DNA from: Nitrospinaceae bacterium
GTDB lineage: Bacteria; Nitrospinota; Nitrospinia; Nitrospinales; Nitrospinaceae
Length of the DNA stretch: 64,000 bases
Direction of reading: 5' to 3'
Assembly: GCA_965223665.1 (NCBI GenBank)
Contig: OZ245011.1
Span: forward strand, 3,232,001-3,296,000
Below the pieces are notes generated by a model that was given only the letters and a program-made list of their open reading frames with translations, was not told the DNA's origin and ran no database searches. Each line of letters opens with the position of its first letter. Position 1 is the stretch's first letter. The position numbers were made by a program, and so were the translations under genes. Of this stretch, positions 31,386 through 40,355 are shown one piece after another.

Positions 31386-32327
31386 TTAATTTTGGTGAGA
31401 AAGTAAAATATCGCCGGGTTTAATATTATTTCCTTGGAGAAAACTTTTAGCGGACATAGGCTTTTTCCCTTCCAGGCGAAGCTCTTTAATAATAATACGA
31501 CCATCTCCTGTTCCTACTTCTATTCCAAAATCAGAAACTCTGGCAATTGCCCCTGGTAAGTCATCAGATAACCCATCACTTATTTCAACTCTCAAAAGAC
31601 CCAATCGCTTATTATTTAGAAAAGTAAAAGCTCCTGGCCATGGTTGAACCCCTCGAATGAGGTTATAAATTTCAATACTCTTTTTTTCCCAAGAAACTAA
31701 TCCATTGTCTTTGGATAATTTTGGTGCGTAAGATGAATCTTCGTCATTTTGTGGAATAAACTCAATAGATTTATTTTCCAATGCATCCAAAGTTTTTAGG
31801 GTAAGTTGTCCTCCCTCATATGCAAGAGTATCGTGTAATTCTTTAGCTGTATCATTCCAATTGATTGATACTACTTTTTTTAGAAGCATGTCTCCCGTAT
31901 CTAAACCGCGATCCATCCGCATCGTTGTCACTCCGGTTTCTGTTTCCCCGTTAATAATAGCCCAATTTATAGGGGCGGCTCCACGGTATTTCGGCAGGAG
32001 AGAAGCGTGGATATTCATGCAAAAATTTTTTGGGACATTTAGTAAGTTTTCTCGCAAAATTTGCCCGTAGGCAATGACAATAATTAAGTCAGGTTTTAAC
32101 TGATTCAATACTTCCACAAACTCTTTTGAGCTGGCTTTTTCTGGTTGGAAGACAGTGATTCCTTCCCTTAAAGCAAATTGTTTTATTGGCGGAGCCTGGA
32201 GTTCTCTTCCACGACCCTTAGGACGATCAGGTTGTGTAACTACAGCCTGAACAAAATGTTTAGAACTGTGAAGGGCTTTTAAAGTAGGTAAGGCAAATTC
32301 AGGAGTTCCCATGAAGACAATGTTCAT
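31386..32327 (-). CDS. fmt: Methionyl-tRNA formyltransferase
   Basis: FMGTPEFA, QPDRPKGRG, HASLLPKYRGAAPI; follows def. Confidence 0.96.
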   Translation of the reverse strand: MNIVFMGTPEFALPTLKALHSSKHFVQAVVTQPDRPKGRGRELQAPPIKQFALREGITVFQPEKASSKEFVEVLNQLKPDLIIVIAYGQILRENLLNVPKNFCMNIHASLLPKYRGAAPINWAIINGETETGVTTMRMDRGLDTGDMLLKKVVSINWNDTAKELHDTLAYEGGQLTLKTLDALENKSIEFIPQNDEDSSYAPKLSKDNGLVSWEKKSIEIYNLIRGVQPWPGAFTFLNNKRLGLLRVEISDGLSDDLPGAIARVSDFGIEVGTGDGRIIIKELRLEGKKPMSAKSFLQGNNIKPGDILLSHQN

Positions 32328-32836
32328 GTCTTCATCTCTTTAAGCTTTTTTTTGAACTTTCTTTTTAAAAGGTCTCTTTTTATTTTTCCCAACATATCCC
32401 AAAATAATTTTCCATTAAGATGATCCATTTCATGTTGAAAAGCCCGTGCTAAGTAATCTTCGGCTTCAATTCGTAGGTCTTTGCCATCCAAGTCTACTCC
32501 TTTTATTTCTACATGTTTAAAACGTTTTACATCAGCAAACACTTCTGGAATGCTTAAGCATCCTTCTTGTCCAATTTGAGTGTCTTCAGATGCGGTAATT
32601 TCAGGGTTTACAATAACTAAGGGTTTACGTTCTTGCGATTCAAAACCCAGGTCAACCACAATTAATTGTGAGGGTAAGCCAATTTGGTTTGCAGCCAATC
32701 CCACCCCCTTGGCATCGAACATAGTTTCGATCATATCTTCAGAAAGATCAACCAGTTCCTGATTAATATTGGCAATTAGGTCGCATTTTTTTCTTAAAAC
32801 AGGGTCTAAACAATTTCGAATAGGTAATACGGACAT
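32324..32836 (-). CDS. def: Peptide deformylase
   Basis: GVGLAANQIG, EGCLS, QHEMDHL. Confidence 0.97.
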   Translation of the reverse strand: MSVLPIRNCLDPVLRKKCDLIANINQELVDLSEDMIETMFDAKGVGLAANQIGLPSQLIVVDLGFESQERKPLVIVNPEITASEDTQIGQEGCLSIPEVFADVKRFKHVEIKGVDLDGKDLRIEAEDYLARAFQHEMDHLNGKLFWDMLGKIKRDLLKRKFKKKLKEMKT

Positions 32837-32873
32837 AAACTATTTTTTATAGACAATTTAAGGAAGAAATTTT

Positions 32874-33566
32874 TTAAAACTTTGGATACAAGGGTGTTTC
32901 GTCAATATCATCCTCATTTTTCCAGCATTCGAATTCGGTTTCTGAGACCCACTTGATTTTAATATAAGCTGGAATCCGGGTTTCTTTATCCACTAATGCT
33001 GACTTTAATTGTTCACAGGATAAATCTTCAGCTCCTCGCATGTCTGCGCCTTTCAAGTTTGCTCCCGATAAATCAGCATTAGAGAATTTTCCCCCTTGCA
33101 AAATAGTCTGGGACAAATCTGCATTGGAGAAATCTGAATCCATAAAAATGGAACCGTACCCAATATCTGCACCGGCAAATTTAGCACCACCCGCTTTTAC
33201 CTCAGAAAAGTCGACCTTTGCTAAATTTGCTCCGGTAAAATCAGAATTGGTTATGTCTGCATCAAAAAAGTTTGTTCCTCCTAAATTGGATCCTCTTAAG
33301 TTTGCATCCATAACATCGGCCTGTGAAAAAATAGCCCCAATTAATATTGCCTTACTAAGATTTGATCCGCATAAATCTGCATAAGTAAAATCGGCTCCAC
33401 ATAAATCTACACCGGGTAATTGAAAGTTTGCAAGTGAAGGCAGGCCGACACCCTTTTTTAATAATTTTAATATAATTTCACCTTTTTCCACTATGAATTC
33501 TTCCGCGGTTGACTGGCGGTATTTTTCTAAGCGGTTTAAAAGGTCTTCTTTAGAAAAATCACTCAT
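32874..33566 (-). CDS. Pentapeptide-repeat protein
   Basis: Tandem A(D/N)(L/F)xx repeats such as ADFTY ADLCG SNLSK and ADLSG ANLKG ADMRG. Confidence 0.88.
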   Translation of the reverse strand: MSDFSKEDLLNRLEKYRQSTAEEFIVEKGEIILKLLKKGVGLPSLANFQLPGVDLCGADFTYADLCGSNLSKAILIGAIFSQADVMDANLRGSNLGGTNFFDADITNSDFTGANLAKVDFSEVKAGGAKFAGADIGYGSIFMDSDFSNADLSQTILQGGKFSNADLSGANLKGADMRGAEDLSCEQLKSALVDKETRIPAYIKIKWVSETEFECWKNEDDIDETPLYPKF

Positions 33567-33708
33567 AATTTTTTACTGGTAAATAAATTAAAAAAATTTT
33601 GAGAAACCCCTTTCCTCAAAAACAATTAAACACAATAATAAACCGTAATGGTCCTTTAGTGAATCAATATTTCAAAATATTAAAGGAATATTATAAAAGA
33701 GAAAATTA

Positions 33709-34680
33709 TTATTGTCCTAATCGTTTTTTTGGTAACAGGAAATTCTTAACATAATCTTGAATACTATCTTCAAGACTTAATAGAGACTCATTAAAGCCGG
33801 CGGCACAAATTTTTTTGATATCGGCTTGAGTATAATATTGGTATTGCTCTTGAATGGACTCTGGCATTTCAATAAACTGAATGGTAGTGTCTTTTCCTAT
33901 GGCAGAAAAAATTGAAACTGCCAGATCTTTCCAAGTGCGAGCTTTTCCAGTCCCCACATTATAAATTCCATTTATGTTTGGATTGTCCATAAAAAACAAA
34001 GTCATTCGAACCGCATCTTTTATATAAATAAAATCTCTTTTTTGGCCTCCATGAGAGTAATCAGGACGGTAAGATTTAAATAATTGGATGTATCCTTGAT
34101 CACGGGCTTGGAAATAACCTTTCAATACCATGCTTCGCATATCTTCTTTATGATATTCATTGGGACCGAAAACGTTAAAATATTTTAACCCTACTATACT
34201 TGATAGCAGACCCTTTTCCTTTGCCCATAAATCAAAATTGTGCTTACTTTTTCCATATAAATTTAATGGGTGATATTTATCAAGGTATAACTCATTATCT
34301 GAATAGCCTTGCTTGCCATTTCCATAAGTAGCTGCGCTGGAAGCGTAAATAAACCGCACATCTTTTTCCATGGCAAATAATGTTAATTCCTGTGTGTACT
34401 CGAGGTTGTTTTTATTAAGAAAAGTTTCATCGGTTTCGGTTGTAGAAGAGCAAGCGCCCATGTGAAAAATTGTTTCAACTCCCTTTAGTTGACGGGTTTG
34501 AACTTTTCTTAAAAAATCTTCCCGATCCATAAAAAAACCATAACGTAAGTAAGTTAAATTTTTTTCTTTTTCTGGGTGATCTTTTATATCTACGATAAGA
34601 ATATCAGTGATGCCTCTTTGATTTAAGGTGTGTACAATTGCGCTTCCAATAAATCCGGCTCCCCCGGTAACTACTATCAT
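33709..34680 (-). CDS. hldD: ADP-L-glycero-D-manno-heptose 6-epimerase
   Basis: GGAGFIGS, HMGACSSTTE, YASSAATYG, PLNLYGKSK, YFNVFGPNEYHK. Confidence 0.95.
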   Translation of the reverse strand: MIVVTGGAGFIGSAIVHTLNQRGITDILIVDIKDHPEKEKNLTYLRYGFFMDREDFLRKVQTRQLKGVETIFHMGACSSTTETDETFLNKNNLEYTQELTLFAMEKDVRFIYASSAATYGNGKQGYSDNELYLDKYHPLNLYGKSKHNFDLWAKEKGLLSSIVGLKYFNVFGPNEYHKEDMRSMVLKGYFQARDQGYIQLFKSYRPDYSHGGQKRDFIYIKDAVRMTLFFMDNPNINGIYNVGTGKARTWKDLAVSIFSAIGKDTTIQFIEMPESIQEQYQYYTQADIKKICAAGFNESLLSLEDSIQDYVKNFLLPKKRLGQ

Positions 34681-34704
34681 AGGAAAGCCCTAAAAAGATT
34701 TTGT

Positions 34705-35898
34705 TTAAGAAGATTCTTCCTTTTTAGGAGGGCTGTGCATAACTTCCCAATCAAAGTTAGGTAGCAAAGGGCTTTTTTTGGAGGGGGTTTTACGAGAAAG
34801 TCTTTTGAGATGGACCAATCGATTGCGACTTTCGGGGTGAGTTGAAAGAAATTCCTTCCATTGAAGTTCATCTTCCCCAGTTTTTTTATTTTCTTGACCC
34901 GTGTCATTTTGCCCTAACAATTCTTTTTCTTTTTGACCAAACTTTTCAAAAATTCCAATCATTCCCTCGGGATCAATTTGGGCCGCCAGGATCATTTTCA
35001 TTCCTTCACGGTCTGCTTCTGATTCCATTTTACGATTGTAATTCAGGGTTTCCAACTGATTCGCGGCGCCCATAATTGTATCCATGACTCCGTTGGTATC
35101 CCCTACGACGATGGCTAACAGAGCACCTGCAATGAACTGTCGAATAATACCGCGTGTTGAATGACGAAGCAATACATGTTGAAACTCATGTGACAAAACA
35201 CCCGCTAATTCCTCAGGAGATTCTGTTAAATCAATTAACCCTTGAAACACCACTATTGTTCCACCGGGTAGTGCCATGGCGTTAACCGTTTTACTGGGTT
35301 GAATATAAATTCGAAAGTCATAAGGCTGGTCTGGAAGAGTGGATAATAAACGCTCTTCGATTTGATCTAACGCAGCCTGAACCTGAGGAGAAGGTTCCTC
35401 GACCGGTTTAGGAAACATGGCTTGATATACTGTGTCCCCTAACTTTTGTTCCCACTCGGGAGGAACTTTTTGGGCAATTGTTTCCGTAACCTTAGGTAGA
35501 CCATAGTTCCAAAGGCCAAATAGAAAAGGAGGTATGGCTAATAAAGCCAAAACAATGACAATTACCCGAAAAGGCCGATTTTTAGGACGTTTCCAAAAGG
35601 AAACTAATGCACCCGGTGCAGCTTCGTAGGCTTTATTCAAAAATTCTTTGTCATGGATTAGTAGAGAAGGATGTCCGTAATTGGGACCTGAGGAAGACTT
35701 ATAATCTAACCGAATAGTCTCATTTTTACTCCCAAAATGGGTCAAACGGATATCTGAGTAATTCCAGGATCGACGGCGATTATCGGGAAAATTAAGAATT
35801 AACCGTTCTGGAGTAAACCCTACAACAACTTCAGTTTTGTTGGGACTTATTCCATCAAAAAATGTACCGGTAAATTCATACTTAGAAAATGTGGCCAC
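34705..35898 (-). CDS. M48-family membrane metallopeptidase with N-terminal cytoplasmic domain
   Basis: GTG start, one TM helix, NAMALPGG, HEFQH (HExxH), ESEAD, LSTHP; paired with YjgN. Confidence 0.88.
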   Translation of the reverse strand: MATFSKYEFTGTFFDGISPNKTEVVVGFTPERLILNFPDNRRRSWNYSDIRLTHFGSKNETIRLDYKSSSGPNYGHPSLLIHDKEFLNKAYEAAPGALVSFWKRPKNRPFRVIVIVLALLAIPPFLFGLWNYGLPKVTETIAQKVPPEWEQKLGDTVYQAMFPKPVEEPSPQVQAALDQIEERLLSTLPDQPYDFRIYIQPSKTVNAMALPGGTIVVFQGLIDLTESPEELAGVLSHEFQHVLLRHSTRGIIRQFIAGALLAIVVGDTNGVMDTIMGAANQLETLNYNRKMESEADREGMKMILAAQIDPEGMIGIFEKFGQKEKELLGQNDTGQENKKTGEDELQWKEFLSTHPESRNRLVHLKRLSRKTPSKKSPLLPNFDWEVMHSPPKKEESS

Positions 35899-35921
35899 TT
35901 AAAGATCCTTAGATACTTGTT

Positions 35922-37226
35922 TTAAAAGATGTCCATTTGAACATCAAACATATCTAAGGCGCCTTCTCCAATAGCTCCGCTCTTTTGGATTTCTTGAATG
36001 ACCTTGTCTAAATTAACTTCCCCTTCCATGGTCAAATGATCGGCAATAAATTTTTGGTTTCTTACCATTATCCAGGGGAAAGCGAGACCTATAGTAACGA
36101 TTAATAATAATAAGTTGACTATGTATAACTTGTAAAATTCCCAACCTGTAGCGGTGAATTTAAAGGTCCCTCCTGCAAAATGGGTTTTAGACCAAGTATA
36201 CCGAGCCAGATAAGCTTTATACCAAACAAAATAAATTCCAAACGTTACAATGGTTAATAATAAGGAAATTAAAAACTTCTTAAATATTTCTTTTCCTTCT
36301 CCAGTAAATTTGAAACTTTTATTCCCAAAGTGAGAGTTGCCTATCCAAAATTTGGCCATTTTCATTTGGAAAAAAGGAGTGTATAAGCCCAGAGTCAAGA
36401 AACTTAATAACATACCTTTAAAGTTCACCCATATGGCTTCTTTACGGGTGCCCCGAAAAGAGAATCGGATTCCTCGCCAGGAGCTTCGAGATAGCCGGTA
36501 ACGATAGGCCCCTACCATTAGCGCGGGGAGGCCAATGATAAAAACTATAGTCAGTATAGTTTCCATTAATTTGCCCATGGCTGGTCCTAACCAAGTATTT
36601 ACTGCTGCTAATACCGATACCATTGCCGCAACAATGAAAATAAAGAACAACCAACCTTTAAATAATTCTTTTCCGGTTCCATGATAAGAAAAACGATCGC
36701 CGGCAAAGGAGGTCTCTTCAAATAAATAACGGCGGACTTTTGTCTTTCCCCAAAAGTAAAAAATACCTAAAGTAAATACAGTAAGAATCCAATTGACTAA
36801 CATTACTTTTGCCAACTCCATTCCTGCTCCATGGAATTCAACCTTCATTTTCTTAAAAGGCATTTTGGGGGGGATGGGTACTACAGATTCGGTGCTTTCG
36901 ACTCCTTCATCTTTTGAAATATTTTCATCACTAGGAGATTCATTTGAACTCATTTCAGCAACTGAATCATTTATGGGGTAGGTTTCCGGCCTGGATTCCG
37001 CCAGAGAGCGTTCTACATCAAAACCCATACTTCGCAAATATTTTTCTGCGACTTCGGCTTTGCGGTTTGATATTGTTTTTTCAAACTGCCAAGGATTACC
37101 TTCCAAAAGCTTTTTGACAATTTCACCAGCTTGTTGGATTTCCATACGAAACATCATAGCCAACCTTGTCGCGGCTTGTTCTTCGTTTTGGCCGTCCCAT
37201 GAATTTAATACAATATAGTTGCTCAT
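35922..37226 (-). CDS. YjgN/DUF898 membrane protein with extra N-terminal soluble domain
   Basis: Repeated 'LTxxTLGIxxxW' and 'FxFxGxG.E' motifs of DUF898; about 125-aa N-terminal extension. Confidence 0.88.
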   Translation of the reverse strand: MSNYIVLNSWDGQNEEQAATRLAMMFRMEIQQAGEIVKKLLEGNPWQFEKTISNRKAEVAEKYLRSMGFDVERSLAESRPETYPINDSVAEMSSNESPSDENISKDEGVESTESVVPIPPKMPFKKMKVEFHGAGMELAKVMLVNWILTVFTLGIFYFWGKTKVRRYLFEETSFAGDRFSYHGTGKELFKGWLFFIFIVAAMVSVLAAVNTWLGPAMGKLMETILTIVFIIGLPALMVGAYRYRLSRSSWRGIRFSFRGTRKEAIWVNFKGMLLSFLTLGLYTPFFQMKMAKFWIGNSHFGNKSFKFTGEGKEIFKKFLISLLLTIVTFGIYFVWYKAYLARYTWSKTHFAGGTFKFTATGWEFYKLYIVNLLLLIVTIGLAFPWIMVRNQKFIADHLTMEGEVNLDKVIQEIQKSGAIGEGALDMFDVQMDIF

Positions 37227-37275
37227 CCTTCACCTCAAAAACCCAAATTAATTTGTGCTTTTCATTAATAATTTA

Positions 37276-37614
37276 TTAGCGCTTTTTTGTTAACGCTCCC
37301 CACATTTTTGAAAACATTCCAGGTTTTTTTCCATTAGTTTCGACTTCATCTTCAATACTGCTATCAAAATCGAAATCATCCTCAATGATTGGAATTCTTT
37401 CTACTTCAAATCCTAGGCTATTTAAGTAAGTTTCGGCCACTTCCGATTGGTCATTAGATACTTGATGTTCAAACTGCCAAGGATTTCCTCCTGATAAGTT
37501 TTCTACGATATCGGATGCTTGATGAGGATCCATGCGAAACACTTTGGAAATTTTTTCAGTGACATGATCCTGGTCTTCACCTTCCCATTTATTAAGCATT
37601 AAGTAATAGCTCAT
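37276..37614 (-). CDS. Small protein paralogous to the YjgN N-terminal domain
   Basis: SD AGGAG. First ~74 aa align without gaps to the start of 35922..37226 (FRM...GNPWQFE...AE.YL.S.GF.VER). Confidence 0.8.
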   Translation of the reverse strand: MSYYLMLNKWEGEDQDHVTEKISKVFRMDPHQASDIVENLSGGNPWQFEHQVSNDQSEVAETYLNSLGFEVERIPIIEDDFDFDSSIEDEVETNGKKPGMFSKMWGALTKKR

Positions 37615-37957
37615 GGCTGACAGATGCTCCTCATAAAAGTTGTGATTGAGATATTTCCAGTATCAAGGAAAGATGAATAAAAATAAAGTGAATTCTAATG
37701 TAAATCTATAGATATTGTTATTTGGAGACCAAATGTTAGGATTGGGGTAACTAATTTGGATTTAATTTTTATTGAATATGATTAAAAATTCTTATTTTGA
37801 GAAAAATTTTACAATTTTTGCCTGGAAATAAAGGGAGGAGTGATAAAAACAAAGCAAAATTTGGTTAGTAAATAGTGCTTGCTTCGAAGATTAAGGAATT
37901 CAAACCAATGAATTAGAGAATAATGAACCGAAAAAGAAGATACCAATACCAAAAGGT

Positions 37958-38158
37958 TTAAAACGGTGTTTGATAATACCGCATGGCTTTTTTTCGTTTT
38001 TTCATTGCCTCTTTAATTTTGCGCTTTTTCTTTAAAGAGGGTTTTTCATAAAATCGACGGGCCTTCAGTTCTTTAAATAGTCCCTCTTTATTTAATTCTC
38101 TCTTTAAAGTTTTTAGAGCTCGGTCAACCTGATTCTGATAAACAATGATTTGTAAAAT
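37958..38158 (-). CDS. rpsU: 30S ribosomal protein S21 (absent from ORF track; non-canonical start, probably ATT)
   Basis: Hand translation: (M)LQIIVYQNQVDRALKTLKRELNKEGLFKELKARRFYEKPSLKKKRKIKEAMKKRKKAMRYYQTPF*, with the bS21 YEKPS signature. SD AGGAG lies 5 nt upstream of ATT 38158. Confidence 0.9.
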   Translation of the reverse strand: MLQIIVYQNQVDRALKTLKRELNKEGLFKELKARRFYEKPSLKKKRKIKEAMKKRKKAMRYYQTPF

Positions 38159-38316
38159 ATAAACTCCTTTTGGAGTGAATTTTGATTATTTGGTAATTGA
38201 TCGAACTTCAGGAGTTTTAACTGAAGTTTTTTCTCCGGTTGTTTTGAAGGCTTTCTATTAAGAGGAAGTCAACCGGTAGAGTTTTCACCCTACCGGAGAA
38301 AGCATTTTGGTTGCAA

Positions 38317-38517
38317 TTATTTGGGAATTACATTGGATGCCTGAGGGCCCTTTTGTCCCTCTGTTTTTTCGAATTCTACAGTTTGACCCTCAACCAAAGT
38401 TTTAAACCCATCACTTTGAATTGCGGAAAAATGAACAAAACAGTCTTCTCCATCGTCAGATTCTATAAAACCATAACCTTTGCTTTCATTAAACCATTTT
38501 ACTTTACCTACTGACAT
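38317..38517 (-). CDS. cspA: Cold-shock domain protein
   Basis: [15 protein letters not shown] (RNP1), FVHFSAI (RNP2), [15 protein letters not shown]. Confidence 0.96.
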   Translation of the reverse strand: MSVGKVKWFNESKGYGFIESDDGEDCFVHFSAIQSDGFKTLVEGQTVEFEKTEGQKGPQASNVIPK

Positions 38518-38626
38518 GCTGTTACTCTCCTTGAGTTTTGGGTCAGCTAATCAAGTTGTCCTTAAATCAGCGTCTCCTAATCGTTAAGCAATAATTGATT
38601 TATTGGACATTTAAAGTTTTAATCGC

Positions 38627-38652
38627 AAAAAAAAACCATCCAAAGGATGGCT
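38627..38652 (-). terminator. Intrinsic-terminator-like hairpin upstream of cspA
   Basis: Minus strand AGCCATCC-TTT-GGATGG followed by T9, ending 110 nt before the cspA ATG. Confidence 0.65.
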
Positions 38653-38739
38653 GGGAAAATAAAATTCTTTAATATTTTATTTACTCTGAGCAATTTAAAC
38701 TAAAACAGTAAATGGCAAATCAACCAACTTATTAACGTC

Positions 38740-38768
38740 ACTGTATCATAATTAGACGTTTTACCCAA
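38740..38768 (-). promoter_or_regulatory. Candidate sigma-70 promoter for the cspA leader
   Basis: Minus strand TTGGGT (38768-38763), 17-nt spacer ending TGA (extended -10), TACAGT (38745-38740). Confidence 0.4.
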
Positions 38769-39396
38769 ACTGTAATTAAAAATTAGGACTAAAGATTCAC
38801 TATAAATAATCTTCCTTACCTTACCGAAAATCCTAAATTCCAAAAATTAAAAGAATTAAATAATTGGGTTTGGCAAAAAGCTCAACAAATTACCAATGGC
38901 AATTCAATCGCCAAGTAAAAAAATCTAATCTTGCAAGCTAAGCATTTAATTGGTAGTTGATTTGGTTGTGCTTAAAAAAAAATATTCATGGAAGGGTTAA
39001 AGAGAATTATTCTAAATTATAATGTCTAAAAATTCTTGTTTTTAGCTTATTTAAGCATTTTCTTGTCAACCTTTTTCGAGTAGCAGGATCCTCGATTTTA
39101 GATTAGATAAGCTGACCAAAGATCGAAAGGTTCTTAAATCAACATGGAATTAAGAAAGGAGTCTAATCAAAACCAAAACTTTGGGAACGGATTTTTCCTT
39201 TACCTAATTGAAATCAAACTCGGCAGATTCATCATTATCTTTTACAATTGAGCCTGTTTGATTTAAAATAAGCCTAAGTTAAAAATAAACCGATCACTTC
39301 TTCCCTAAAAGCGAATCTACCTTTTAATTTCTCTTTTTAATTTAAGCTGTTTTCTAGAAAAAGAAAGCAGAGGGTTTTATTATTAGGATTGGAACC

Positions 39397-40335
39397 ATGA
39401 GTGAAAGAAAAAATATTGAGTCCATGTCCTTGGCAGAACTAAGGCAATATGCGAAGGACCATAAGATTTCCGGGGTTTCTAAACTAAAAAAATCCGATTT
39501 ATTGGAATTTCTCAAACAGGAAACATTACAAGTTTCAAAAAGTAGAAAAACAACTTTGGCTAAAAAATACATTGGAAAAAAATCAAAATCTGTTGAAAAA
39601 AAACCTGTAAAGCGGAAAAAATTTGGAAGCCGGAAACTAAAAGCCCGATCTGTTGATAGTAAGAAAAAGTCGGATAAAGACAGATTCGAAAATATTCCTA
39701 ACCAAAAAGAAACTATAAAAATATCACATCCGCTTCAAGTAGAAGAGGATTTAGCTGCAAAGTTTATTATTGGAGATCCGCAAATTCATGATGAAACTTA
39801 TTCCGAAGAACCCGGTGAATTTCCGCTTCGCTATGGAGATCATAAATTATTTGCATTTCCAAGGGACCCGGAATGGGTTTTTATATACTGGGATTTGCAG
39901 GAGGGACATATTCAAAAGGGGTTAAACCAGTTAAATTGTAGCAGGGAAGAAGTGCGATGGGTATTAAGAGTGTTACCTTTGGAAGCAGAGGATCACAATT
40001 CATCTTTTTTTGATGCGAATATTCACCCTGACGCCCAAAGTTGGTATTTGCAAATAGCACCTCCCGGAAAAAGTTTCTATATAGAATTAGGTTTAATTAA
40101 CTCTGAAGGTTCTTTTTATTCTTTGATTAGATCCAATAAATTTACCTTGCCTCCTAATAGTCCGAGTGAAAATATAAATAAAGATTGGATGTTGAACCCA
40201 GAGCAACACAAGCAACATTATTCTAACTGGAGTTTTCCAAAAGGATCGACTCTTCAAAATAAGAATTCGCCAGAACCAAAAACCGGATATGGTCTCAGTA
40301 GTTATCAATTTTCATCTTCTTTATCCAATAAATAA
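39397..40335 (+). CDS. DUF4912-domain protein with N-terminal Rho-N-like domain and Lys-rich linker
   Basis: 'LAELRQYAKDHKISGVSKLKKSDLL' (Rho-N-like) and 'LRYGDHKLFAFPRDPEWVFIYWDL...YIELG...RSN...P' (DUF4912); upstream of GH57. Confidence 0.8.
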   Translation: MSERKNIESMSLAELRQYAKDHKISGVSKLKKSDLLEFLKQETLQVSKSRKTTLAKKYIGKKSKSVEKKPVKRKKFGSRKLKARSVDSKKKSDKDRFENIPNQKETIKISHPLQVEEDLAAKFIIGDPQIHDETYSEEPGEFPLRYGDHKLFAFPRDPEWVFIYWDLQEGHIQKGLNQLNCSREEVRWVLRVLPLEAEDHNSSFFDANIHPDAQSWYLQIAPPGKSFYIELGLINSEGSFYSLIRSNKFTLPPNSPSENINKDWMLNPEQHKQHYSNWSFPKGSTLQNKNSPEPKTGYGLSSYQFSSSLSNK

Positions 40336-40355
40336 GTAGAAAGTAGACCAACCTT

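Noticed and set aside
30410-32327. fmt plus UDP-GlcA decarboxylase as a split ArnA (Ara4N pathway)
   Set aside because: fmt is in the canonical def-fmt pair with tRNA-formyltransferase motifs, the SDR is UXS-type, and arnB/D/T are absent.
32874-33566. Periodic sequence as a DNA repeat array or CRISPR
   Set aside because: The periodicity is explained by protein pentapeptide repeats. No identical repeat-spacer structure was seen anywhere in the window.
38770-39396. Long intergenic region as an ncRNA or tRNA locus
   Set aside because: Only short imperfect stems near 39068-39132; no cloverleaf or recognisable RNA family. It is consistent with divergent promoter DNA.
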